Shown here piece after piece: positions 24,591 through 32,000 of a stretch of DNA of 32,000 nucleotides. Each line of letters starts with the position of its first letter. Positions within the stretch are counted from its first letter, which is position 1. Position numbers and translations under genes: made by a program. The notes below the pieces were generated by a model that saw only the letters and a program-made list of their open reading frames with translations, was not told the origin of the DNA and did not search any database. Source of the DNA: Erysipelothrix inopinata (GTDB lineage Bacteria > Bacillota_I > Bacilli_A > Erysipelotrichales > Erysipelotrichaceae); contig NZ_CP060715.1 in assembly GCF_014396165.1 (NCBI RefSeq), positions 1,530,001-1,562,000 of the forward strand. The letters are read 5' to 3'.

Positions 24591-25165
24591 TGAATTCAAC
24601 TGGATTTGATTTAATCTTAAAATCCATTGAAGTCGATGCCGAACAAAAATTTCAAGAAAAACTTGAAGAGGCACACCGTGATGGAGAGATAATCTACAAT
24701 CATATGGTTGACGATGCAAAGAAACGAGTTGCAACTAAGAAAAATAACGTTGACCTTCGCGCTTCTCAAATTGAAAAACGCGATATCAAGCGATACGAGC
24801 GAAAAGCACATGAAGATCTTGAAAACTCAAAATATGATCATGTCGAAACGGTGTTTCAAGAATGTATTCATTACTTCTATACTTTAACACCTCAAGAAAC
24901 AATGACCTTGATGGCTAATGTACTGAAACATAATCCAGAAGGAAAACCAAGAATTCTAGTGGACCCTTCACTCTTTGATACTTGTATGTCAGAATACGGT
25001 CAAGTTTATCAAGTAATTGAAGATTCAAATATAGAAAAAGGGTTTGTCCTGAACTATGAACATTATGATATTAATTTAGAATATCGTTATTTCTTTGAAA
25101 TGAGACGTGAGGTCTTAACCGAATCAATTTATAAATTATTGTTTGGTGATGTTTATGGCCACTAA
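24590..25165 (+). CDS. ntpE: V-type ATPase subunit E
   Basis: It has the expected position, length (191 aa) and layout: a charged helical N-terminal half and a globular C-terminal half. It overlaps ntpK as TAATG. Confidence 0.7.
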   Translation: MNSTGFDLILKSIEVDAEQKFQEKLEEAHRDGEIIYNHMVDDAKKRVATKKNNVDLRASQIEKRDIKRYERKAHEDLENSKYDHVETVFQECIHYFYTLTPQETMTLMANVLKHNPEGKPRILVDPSLFDTCMSEYGQVYQVIEDSNIEKGFVLNYEHYDINLEYRYFFEMRREVLTESIYKLLFGDVYGH

Positions 25166-25805
25166 CTTCATCATGCTCAATGTCTTAATAGAACGAGAAA
25201 TTGCTGCTTTAAAACAAGAGATACAAAAAGCGCAAACAGATTTTGATATCAATAACTACGCCGTAGATTATTTGATAGCAGATCGTAAAGAAACGTTTCA
25301 AGACATGTTAATGGAACACGGTATGGATGCGTCTCTCATTAAACTCATCGATATTGATTCGTGTGATGCAATTCAAGATTATGATGACCACTATACAGAA
25401 ATTTGTTCGCAAAGCTATGAATTAGAGGTTGCTCAGGAATACGCAAAACTTTGCGTTGATATGATGCAAATTTTAAATGTACTGCAAGGAAGAAATCCTA
25501 AAGATAATATTGAAGGATTGATTCCTCAGGATGCTTATAAACGTTATGGACATGTGGAAATGTTGTTGTTACATAGTCCGTATCGTGAGTGGATGCATGA
25601 CATCACAGTATTTGATGTTCAAAGAAAAATTGATGAAACCAAATTCAAATTTTTCAATGATCAACTAAGAGATCGTGCCTCAAGTTCCGCAACATTTGTA
25701 TTAGCATTACAGTACCATTTACTTTTGAAAAATCTTCAGATCTATTTAAAGCGTCCTTATAAGACAATCGAAGTAGAACCTGTCATCAGGAGGTATTATG
25801 AATAA
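25155..25805 (+). CDS. Protein in the subunit C (d-type) position of the V-ATPase operon, short and divergent
   Basis: It lies between E and F, as NtpC does in E. hirae. It is only about 216 aa and I recognise no motif. The start is ambiguous (TTG 25143, ATG 25149 or ATG 25155). Confidence 0.45.
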   Translation: MATNFIMLNVLIEREIAALKQEIQKAQTDFDINNYAVDYLIADRKETFQDMLMEHGMDASLIKLIDIDSCDAIQDYDDHYTEICSQSYELEVAQEYAKLCVDMMQILNVLQGRNPKDNIEGLIPQDAYKRYGHVEMLLLHSPYREWMHDITVFDVQRKIDETKFKFFNDQLRDRASSSATFVLALQYHLLLKNLQIYLKRPYKTIEVEPVIRRYYE

Positions 25806-26106
25806 CACATTATACTTATCTTACGATGAACACCATGCACTTCTTGAAAGCATGGGAATAACCATTCATAAAGTTAAACGAAATGAATCAATCCAACCGT
25901 TGTTGCGACAATTAAAGCAAGAACAGATTGTGATTGTCTTGGTAGATGAAGAAATCTATCGTGATCATAAAGCATCGATCGATGCTTACAATCAAGACCC
26001 ATTTTTTACAATTACACTATTGTCAGATACACTGGGTCGTCATAAAGAAGCCAAAGATAGACTGAGTTCTTCGATTGAACAAGCTATTGGAACGCTCCAA
26101 AAGTAA
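25798..26106 (+). CDS. V-type ATPase subunit F (NtpG position in E. hirae nomenclature)
   Basis: It is 102 aa with the IVIVLVDEEIY type block. AGGAGG RBS is present. It overlaps the previous gene by 8 nt. Confidence 0.7.
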   Translation: MNNTLYLSYDEHHALLESMGITIHKVKRNESIQPLLRQLKQEQIVIVLVDEEIYRDHKASIDAYNQDPFFTITLLSDTLGRHKEAKDRLSSSIEQAIGTLQK

Positions 26107-26118
26107 GGAGGAAATAAT

Positions 26119-27876
26119 TTGAACACTGGAATTATAACAAAAGTATCCGGTCCTTTAGTAGTTGCTAAAGACATCCCTGGAGCAAGACTTTTTGATACTG
26201 TTTATGTCTCGAATCAAAATCTCTTGGGAGAAATTATTGAAATTCGTGGTGATAAATCATCCATCCAAGTTTATGAAGAAACTTCAGGAATCCAAGTGGG
26301 AGAACCGGTTGTATCAACATACAGACCACTAAGTATTTTATTAGGTCCTGGAATACTCTCGCAGATTCTTGATGGTGTTGGCCGTAATCTTGAGACCTAT
26401 GCCGATAATCAGGGTGAATTTCTAGTTAGGGGAATTCACTACGAATCCTTAGATCAAGAAAAACTATGGGATTTCAAAAGTCTTGTTAAAGTAGGCGATA
26501 AAGTATCTACAGGAATGAACTTGGGCTATGTTATAGAAAGAGATTTAAAGCACTTTATCATGGTTCCTCATGATATGAGTGGAACTGTTATCGCAATTCA
26601 TGAAGGCATGAAAAATGTCACCGAAGCAGTTATTGAAATTGAAAATGAAACTGGAAGACATGATATTCCAATGATGTCTTACTGGCCAATTCGTAAAGCA
26701 AGACCTTACGTAAGAAAGCAAATGCCTTCAGAACCATTGGTTACAGGACAACGTGTCATTGACACTTTTTTTCCAGTAGCTAAGGGTGGAACAGCGTGTG
26801 TTCCAGGACCCTTTGGTTCTGGTAAAACTGTGGTTCAACATCAACTCGCAAAATGGTCTAATTCAGATGTTGTTGTTTATATTGGTTGTGGTGAGCGTGG
26901 AAATGAAATTACTGATGTTCTGAATGAATTTCCGGAACTTGAAGATCCGCGCACACAAAAACCTTTAATGGATAAAACTGTGCTTATTGCTAATACCTCA
27001 AATATGCCAGTTGCTGCACGTGAAGCATCTATTTATACAGGAATGACGATTGCGGAATATTTTAGAGATATGGGCTATGATGTTTCGTTAATGGCCGACT
27101 CCACGTCGCGTTGGGCAGAAGCACTTCGTGAGATGAGTGGTCGTTTGGAAGAAATGCCAGGAGATGAAGGATATCCCGCATACCTAAGTTCAAGACTTGC
27201 AGAAGTTTATGAACGTGCAGGCGTTGTCGATACATATAATGATGTTCAAGGATCGGTAACGATGATTGGTGCGGTATCACCCGCAGGTGGGGACTTATCC
27301 GAACCCGTGACTCAAGCGACACTTCGTATCGTTAAAGTATTCTGGGCACTGGATGCATCACTAGCGCATATGCGTCATTTCCCAGCTATAGATTGGCTCG
27401 AAAGTTACTCTCTTTACCAAAATGCAACGGAACGATACTTAAAACAAAATGTTCATAAGCATTTTAATAAAAATCGACAAGCAGCGATGACATTATTAAA
27501 AGAAGAAAAGAAACTTCTCGAAATCGTGCAACTAGTAGGTAAAGACACGTTATCAGACCAAGATATCTTAAAACTTGAAGTTGCACGTATGATTCGTGAG
27601 GACTTCCTACAACAAAATGCTTTCCAAGAAGAAGATACGTATACGTCTTATGAGAAGCAGGCCTTAATGCTTGCTGTTATCTTAGAATTTAATAATCTTG
27701 CGAAAGAATATCTCATTCATGATAATGTCTTCATTGCAGATATTACTAATATGGAGATTCTCTATGATATATCACGAATGAAATACCGCTCCGAAGATCA
27801 AACAGAGACACTTTTAGAAATTATTGATAAAGCTCGAATCGAATTCGAAAGCTTGAAAGAAGGAGGTCAATTATGA
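26119..27876 (+). CDS. ntpA: V-type ATPase catalytic subunit A, TTG start
   Basis: The Walker A motif GPFGSGKTV, the block [17 protein letters not shown] and the non-homologous insert typical of A subunits are present. AAGGAGG lies 7 nt before the TTG. Confidence 0.95.
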   Translation: MNTGIITKVSGPLVVAKDIPGARLFDTVYVSNQNLLGEIIEIRGDKSSIQVYEETSGIQVGEPVVSTYRPLSILLGPGILSQILDGVGRNLETYADNQGEFLVRGIHYESLDQEKLWDFKSLVKVGDKVSTGMNLGYVIERDLKHFIMVPHDMSGTVIAIHEGMKNVTEAVIEIENETGRHDIPMMSYWPIRKARPYVRKQMPSEPLVTGQRVIDTFFPVAKGGTACVPGPFGSGKTVVQHQLAKWSNSDVVVYIGCGERGNEITDVLNEFPELEDPRTQKPLMDKTVLIANTSNMPVAAREASIYTGMTIAEYFRDMGYDVSLMADSTSRWAEALREMSGRLEEMPGDEGYPAYLSSRLAEVYERAGVVDTYNDVQGSVTMIGAVSPAGGDLSEPVTQATLRIVKVFWALDASLAHMRHFPAIDWLESYSLYQNATERYLKQNVHKHFNKNRQAAMTLLKEEKKLLEIVQLVGKDTLSDQDILKLEVARMIREDFLQQNAFQEEDTYTSYEKQALMLAVILEFNNLAKEYLIHDNVFIADITNMEILYDISRMKYRSEDQTETLLEIIDKARIEFESLKEGGQL

Positions 27877-29246
27877 AAGGATATAAAAATATCAAAGAAG
27901 TAGTTGGACCCTTACTCGTTGTAGAAAATGTCGAAAACGTTCAATTTGACGAACATGTCGAGATCACAATTGATAAAAATGACCGTCGTATTGGTCGTGT
28001 TCTAGAAGTTGAAGATGACAAAGCAATCATTCAACTTTATGAATCAAGTATGGGTGTTAGACCCGATGAAACAAGAGTCCATTTTAAAGGGAAACCAATG
28101 AGTCTTAAAGTTTCAGAAAACATGCTCGGACGTGTCTTTGATGGTAAAGGTAATATCCGTGATGAAGGGCCTACATTGTTGAGTGATATTGAAATGGATG
28201 TAAATGGTAAAGTCATGAATCCTTTACTCAGAGAGTATCCCAACCAGTTCCTACAAACAGGTATATCGTCAATCGATGTTCTTAACACACTTGTCGTTGG
28301 ACAAAAACTACCCATCTTCTCAGGTGCAGGATTACCACATAACGAACTTGCCGCTCAAATTGTTCGTCAGGCTCAGGTGTTAGATGATGATGTCGATTTC
28401 GCTGTTGTGTTTTGTGCCATGGGTATTTCTTATGAAGAATCACGATTCTTTGAAGATGAATTTCAAAGAACGGGAGCAATTGATCGTACGGTTATGTTCG
28501 TAAACCTAGCCAATGACCCTGCCATTGAGCGTATCCTAGCACCACGAATGGCAATTACTGCCGCAGAATATCTTGCGTTTGAGAAAGATATGCACGTTGT
28601 ATTAGTTATGAGTGATATGAACTATTATGCCGAGTCTTTACGCGAAATCTCAGCATCAAGACGCGAAATCCCAGGACGTCGCGGCTATCCAGGATACATG
28701 TATACAGACCTCGCAACATTGTATGAACGTGCTGGTAAATTAAAAAACCATAACGGATCTATTACAATGATTCCTATTCTATCAATGCCAGAAGATGATA
28801 AAACACATCCAATTCCTGACTTAACAGGATATATTACAGAAGGTCAAATTATTTTGTCGAGAGATTTAAATCAACAAAATACATTGCCGCCTGTTGATGT
28901 TCTTCCAAGCCTGAGTCGATTAAAAGATAAAGGAATAGGACAAGGAAAAACACGAGAAGACCATGCTGACGTCATGAATCAACTCTTTGCTTCATATGCA
29001 AGGGGACGTGAAACTGCGGAGCTCGCAAGTATCCTAGGCGAAGGGTCACTCTCTAAAATTGACCGCAAATATTTAGAATTTGCACGACGATTTGAAGATG
29101 AATTTATTGGCCAAGGATTTTACACCAATCGCAATATTACAGATTCCCTTGATCTTGGATGGGAATTACTATCAATTCTTCCTAAGTCAGAATTGAAACG
29201 TGTACGTGATGTCTATCTTGAAACCTACTATATCGAAGAGGTGTAA
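27873..29246 (+). CDS. ntpB: V-type ATPase subunit B
   Basis: [49 protein letters not shown] are present. The ATGA overlap with ntpA suggests translational coupling. Confidence 0.95.
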   Translation: MKGYKNIKEVVGPLLVVENVENVQFDEHVEITIDKNDRRIGRVLEVEDDKAIIQLYESSMGVRPDETRVHFKGKPMSLKVSENMLGRVFDGKGNIRDEGPTLLSDIEMDVNGKVMNPLLREYPNQFLQTGISSIDVLNTLVVGQKLPIFSGAGLPHNELAAQIVRQAQVLDDDVDFAVVFCAMGISYEESRFFEDEFQRTGAIDRTVMFVNLANDPAIERILAPRMAITAAEYLAFEKDMHVVLVMSDMNYYAESLREISASRREIPGRRGYPGYMYTDLATLYERAGKLKNHNGSITMIPILSMPEDDKTHPIPDLTGYITEGQIILSRDLNQQNTLPPVDVLPSLSRLKDKGIGQGKTREDHADVMNQLFASYARGRETAELASILGEGSLSKIDRKYLEFARRFEDEFIGQGFYTNRNITDSLDLGWELLSILPKSELKRVRDVYLETYYIEEV

Positions 29247-29248
29247 AG

Positions 29249-29863
29249 ATGGCACGTCTAAAAGTAAATCCAACACGTATGGAACTTAAGAATCTTGAAA
29301 ATCGTTTAGCGATTGCTCAAAAGGGCCACAAGCTCTTAAAAGAAAAACAAGACTCTTTAATCCGTAATTTTATGGAATGCTATGAAGATGCTATGGCATT
29401 ACGAAAACAAGTTGATCATGAATTTGAACTTTTAAATAAGGATTACAATATGGCCAGCCTTGAGCTCAATAACCAAGTACTAAACGAACTACTTGGAGAT
29501 CGTAAATCCAACCCCCATGTAGATGTTCACTTTGAATCAGTTATGGGAATCGATATTCCTGTTTACGAAGTTAAAAGTTCAGAAAAAGAAGCATCACAAG
29601 CTTCAGTTCTTCTAACAAATGGGTATTTAGATCGTATGCATGAAAATTCTTCGGAGAGTTTTGCACGCATTGTGGAAATGGCAGCACTCGAAAAAAAGTG
29701 CTTCATGCTTTCAGAAGAGATAAAGTTAACACGTAGACGCGTTAATGCACTCGAATATAAAACTATTCCTGATATACAAGAAACGATCCGTTATATTGAA
29801 CTTAGAATTGATGACCAAACACGAAGTCAACAAGCTCGTGTCATGAAAGTGACCCATCGATAG
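29249..29863 (+). CDS. ntpD: V-type ATPase central-stalk subunit D
   Basis: MARLKVNPTRMELKNLENRLAIAQKGHKLLKEKQD and the C-terminal RRRVNALE motif are present. Confidence 0.9.
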   Translation: MARLKVNPTRMELKNLENRLAIAQKGHKLLKEKQDSLIRNFMECYEDAMALRKQVDHEFELLNKDYNMASLELNNQVLNELLGDRKSNPHVDVHFESVMGIDIPVYEVKSSEKEASQASVLLTNGYLDRMHENSSESFARIVEMAALEKKCFMLSEEIKLTRRRVNALEYKTIPDIQETIRYIELRIDDQTRSQQARVMKVTHR

Positions 29864-29883
29864 TTAATAATGATATTTATAGT

Positions 29884-29912
29884 AACCCTACTCATATTGC
29901 GAGTAAGGTTTT
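29884..29912 (+). terminator. Intrinsic terminator of the V-ATPase operon
   Basis: AACCCTACTC pairs with GAGTAAGGTT (one mismatch) across a 7-nt loop, followed by TTTTGTT. Confidence 0.6.
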
Positions 29913-29952
29913 GTTATGATAAACATACGAGACTTGGAGGCGTGTAATTATA

Positions 29953-30517
29953 ATGACAACAAAAGAATTAATGGCCATTTATTATGAATGGCTTGAAAAT
30001 GAAACAACTGTTAATTTATGTGGAGATAGCTTTTATGAAATAACTGTGCCACTACTAGATAGTTCCAATGATTACATTCAATTTTATGCAATTTTAACGA
30101 AAGACAGGATTATACTAACTGATGAAGGATACTATGTTTCCATGTTGGAAGTATATGAAATTCCAATAGAAAAACAACAACTCAATACAATCGAAACCAT
30201 CTGTAAAAACAACGGTGTTCTGTTAGAAAACAAAGAAATTACTGTTTCTTTTTCGTTATCGGAAAGTTCAAGGAAAGGGCCAATCTACCAAGAATATATC
30301 CATAAGATGATTCAAACAATTCTTCGAGTAGATGCCATGCACTTAGCTTCTAGAGGGAGAGTCAAATCTTTTTTATAATGATGTAATCGCGTCCTTGGAT
30401 TCAACCAACGGTAACAAAATAGATAAAGAAGCTTTTTTGGTTTTAAAAATTATGGTATTAAGATTATTTCTAAGAGCGTTCAACAAGGAAAATCCACCGA
30501 TTTTTATAATTAATTAG
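29953..30517 (+). pseudogene. DUF1828-domain gene, apparently broken (intact DUF1828 part 29953-30378, then a +1-frame continuation to 30517)
   Basis: The 141-aa ORF fits the DUF1828 pattern as I recall it (FYEITVPLLDSSNDYIQFYA...ILTDEGYYV). The stop follows a T6 run (30369-30374). The +1 frame stays open for 45 more codons (DVIASLDSTNGNKIDKEAFLVLK...). The usual DUF1829 partner domain is missing. Confidence 0.4.
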
Positions 30518-30595
30518 GTGGATATTATAATGCATGTATATAAATTGTTTGTATCATACAATTGTAGTGTAATGTGTTTGAGAGGAAGTGACACT

Positions 30596-30823
30596 ATGTG
30601 TGTAATCAGCGTTAGAACAACAGAAGAAGAAAGAAACATGATTAAAACATATGCTGAATTTTTTGGTATGACACTTAGTGAATTCGTAAAAACATCAGCA
30701 ATTGAGAAAATTGAAGATTTATTAGATTTACAGGCAATCGAGGAATATGAAAAATATATCAGGCAAGGTAATAATAAGATTGTTGCTCATGATGACATAT
30801 TAAGTGAGGCAGGACTTAAATGA
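30596..30823 (+). CDS. Type II antitoxin, RelB/DinJ-like ribbon-helix-helix (DUF6290-type)
   Basis: MCVISVRTTEEERNMIKTYAEFFGMTLSEFVKTSAIEKIEDLLDLQAIEEYEKY matches the common ISIRL-EEE...SEFIR...IED-D pattern. GAGAGGAAG RBS is present. A perfect palindrome TTGTAT-C-ATACAA at 30549-30561 lies upstream as a candidate operator. Confidence 0.7.
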   Translation: MCVISVRTTEEERNMIKTYAEFFGMTLSEFVKTSAIEKIEDLLDLQAIEEYEKYIRQGNNKIVAHDDILSEAGLK

Positions 30824-30923
30824 CCTTTAAACTAAGAAATGAAGGTAAGGCGAAAAAAAAGTGTATGTTAAAAAAAATGAGTTTCAAAATAATGATATAA
30901 TTAGATTAAGAAAGATTAATTAA
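30820..30923 (+). pseudogene. Remnant of a RelE/ParE-type toxin gene (collapsed and frameshifted)
   Basis: The ATG overlaps the antitoxin stop (ATGA). MTFKL... resembles RelE/ParE N-termini, but the frame stops after 26 codons (30900). The -1 frame after the A8 tract reads VYVKKNEFQNNDIIRLRKIN and stops at 30923. Two A8 tracts lie at 30853-30860 and 30870-30877. Confidence 0.4.
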
Positions 30924-30972
30924 TATAGTTGTGGTGAAATTCTTTAATTGCAAATAGACGGGAGGATTTAGA

Positions 30973-31365
30973 ATGAAAAAGAGATTGATTGCAATTTTAG
31001 TATTACTACTTTTAGCGGGATGTGGCACCAGCAAGTCATTCAAAGAAGAAATAAATAATCAGGAAATATCTTTCGTCAATGTTTTTTTACTTCACGAGAA
31101 TGTTGGAAAAAAATTATACGAAAATGACTATGATGAGTTTATGACATTTCTTAATACAATTGATGCGGATAATATAAATAAAGACGATTATATCCAATCT
31201 GTAGGTCATTACTACTATTTTGAAATTGTACTGAAAAATGGAAAAGTTATTATTTATAATGGTGATGATTATATAACCATTAATGATAAAATTTATAAAA
31301 TTAATAATGTTGATTCTGTTAGAGAAAAAGCTGACAGTATTACAAAGGTGAAATTTGGGATTTAA
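30973..31365 (+). CDS. Small lipoprotein, unknown function
   Basis: The signal peptide and lipobox are MKKRLIAILVLLLLAGCG. GGGAGGA RBS is present. Confidence 0.7.
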   Translation: MKKRLIAILVLLLLAGCGTSKSFKEEINNQEISFVNVFLLHENVGKKLYENDYDEFMTFLNTIDADNINKDDYIQSVGHYYYFEIVLKNGKVIIYNGDDYITINDKIYKINNVDSVREKADSITKVKFGI

Positions 31366-31390
31366 ATTCAATACTGATTCAAGCACAGCC

Positions 31391-31437
31391 AAACACAAAG
31401 GCCTCTTCGATTTTAAATTTTGAGGTCTTTGTGTTTT
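31391..31437 (+). terminator. Strong intrinsic terminator
   Basis: A 15-bp stem pairs AAACACAAAGGCCTC (31391-31405) with GAGGTCTTTGTGTTT (31422-31436), including one G-T pair, ending in a T-run. Confidence 0.85.
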
Positions 31438-31564
31438 ATTATACTTACATTACGATTTTGCGAGTTTTGAGATGTGATAATCGGTTTACACACTAATAAT
31501 TTAGTTGGAAACCTTCTTAAAGCGCAATCTCCTTGCTTTTAAAGAAAGGAATCGTTATGATAGT

Positions 31565-31655
31565 GGCGAACGGTATCGGGGTGCCTTAACTGGCTGAGAT
31601 TAAACCCGTATAACTTGATCTGGTTTGTACCAGCGAAAGGAGTACCATTTCGTAC
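31565..31655 (+). promoter_or_regulatory. TPP (THI-box) riboswitch
   Basis: GGGGTGCC...TGGCTGAGA...ACCC...AACTTGATCTGGTTTGTACCAGCGAAAGGA matches the TPP aptamer core. P1 is CGAA-C-GGTA (31567-31575) pairing with TACC-AT-TTCG (31643-31652). The promoter is TTGCTT-17-TATGAT at 31533-31561. Confidence 0.9.
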
Positions 31656-31678
31656 ACCATATTTTTGTGCGCAACGGG

Positions 31679-31707
31679 CTTCTTTCAGAAATGGAAGGAG
31701 TTTTTTT
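31679..31707 (+). terminator. Riboswitch expression platform: terminator hairpin whose 3' arm is the Shine-Dalgarno sequence
   Basis: CTTCTTTC (31679-31686) pairs with GGAAGGAG (31693-31700): 8 bp including 2 G-U pairs. T7 (31701-31707) follows, then the ATG at 31708. Confidence 0.6.
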
Positions 31708-32000
31708 ATGATAGAACGTTCAAATGATTTACAATGCGGTTTAGGAAGTACACAAATCACAGGGTGTCGCATTGCCTTGCATCCAATGACGGATGATTTT
31801 GTGGATGTAATATTAGGGGGGCTTGCCAAGACAGACATGAGTTCTGTATGGAGAGCAACTGATTCGTTAGGAACACTTCTGAGAGGACAGATGATTGACT
31901 TGGTGAATACGTCAATGTTGTTATTTGCAAATGCATATCGTGAAGATATTCATATGGCGGCAAGCATGACTTATTCCAAAGGGTGTCCAGGAGATGTTGA
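31708..32000 (+). CDS. ykoF: YkoF-family thiamine/HMP-binding protein, 5' part (runs off the right edge)
   Basis: My own translation gives MIERSNDLQCGLGSTQITGCRIALHPMTDDFVDVILGGLAKTDMSSVWRATDSLGTLLRGQ...TYSKGCPGDV. The LxPMTDDF and GCPGD blocks match YkoF as I recall it, and the TPP riboswitch context fits. It is absent from the ORF track because it is open-ended. Confidence 0.7.
   Translation, partial: MIERSNDLQCGLGSTQITGCRIALHPMTDDFVDVILGGLAKTDMSSVWRATDSLGTLLRGQMIDLVNTSMLLFANAYREDIHMAASMTYSKGCPGDV

Noticed and set aside
21258-29863. Whether the TetR plus V-ATPase block is a horizontally acquired island
   Set aside because: There are no flanking repeats, integrase or tRNA, and composition looks the same as the surrounding core by eye. 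I cannot support or exclude acquisition without compositional statistics or comparative genomes.
30493-30522. Hairpin TCCACC-N18-GGTGGA, considered as a terminator or a mobile-element inverted repeat
   Set aside because: It has only 6 bp with an 18-nt AT loop, no U-tract, and no matching second copy elsewhere in the window. It is probably fortuitous, or part of the decayed DUF1828/1829 gene.
31539-31963. Two minus-strand ORFs (99 aa and 68 aa) at the right end
   Set aside because: They lie over a canonical TPP riboswitch and over the plus-strand ykoF-like reading frame, which has the expected riboswitch, RBS and ATG arrangement.
1-32000. Scan for CRISPR arrays, tRNA/rRNA genes, long direct or inverted repeats, and alternative genetic code (TGA as Trp)
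   Set aside because: By eye I saw no regularly spaced repeats, no tRNA-like GGTTCGAATCC-type T-arms and no rRNA segments. TGA clearly terminates well-conserved genes (for example rdgB at 2525-2527 and the antitoxin at 30821-30823), so a Mollicute-type code is excluded. A by-eye scan cannot exclude short or degenerate repeats.

Overview
This is a low-GC, Bacillota-type chromosomal segment using the standard genetic code (TGA is a stop, e.g. 2525-2527). Most of it is tightly packed core genome. From memory, the gene set recalls the B. subtilis metK / ccpA / murC / 'yt' neighbourhood: rdgB, trmL, ridA, metK behind a SAM riboswitch, tmcAL, trmB, an M42 peptidase, murC, a ytxG/ytxH-like pair, ccpA, a NUDIX gene and an mnmM(ytqB)-like gene.

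Five other elements are embedded in it:
- An IS3-family element cut by the left edge, with an intact A_AAA_AAG -1 frameshift site.
- A PTS operon (EIIBC, PHP phosphoesterase, EIIA, BglG-type antiterminator) controlled by a cre site and a RAT/terminator.
- A nine-gene Enterococcus hirae-type V-ATPase operon (G-like, I, K, E, C, F, A, B, D) that is led by a TetR gene.
- A small decaying accessory islet: a broken DUF1828 gene, an orphan RelB-like antitoxin next to a collapsed toxin gene, and a lipoprotein.
- A TPP riboswitch in front of a ykoF-like gene that runs off the right edge.

I found no rRNA, tRNA or CRISPR array. I also found no clear-cut new multi-gene system such as a defence island. 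The best unexplained candidates are:
1. A self-contained promoter / C-loop hairpin / terminator RNA unit directly upstream of the NUDIX gene (16197-16357).
2. The PTS operon, whose only enzyme is a PHP phosphoesterase.
3. The TetR-led V-ATPase operon, which has an unusually short, divergent 'C' subunit.
4. A SAM-I-like riboswitch in which I cannot place P4.

All family assignments rest on motif recognition by eye and on memory. No database search or folding computation was run.
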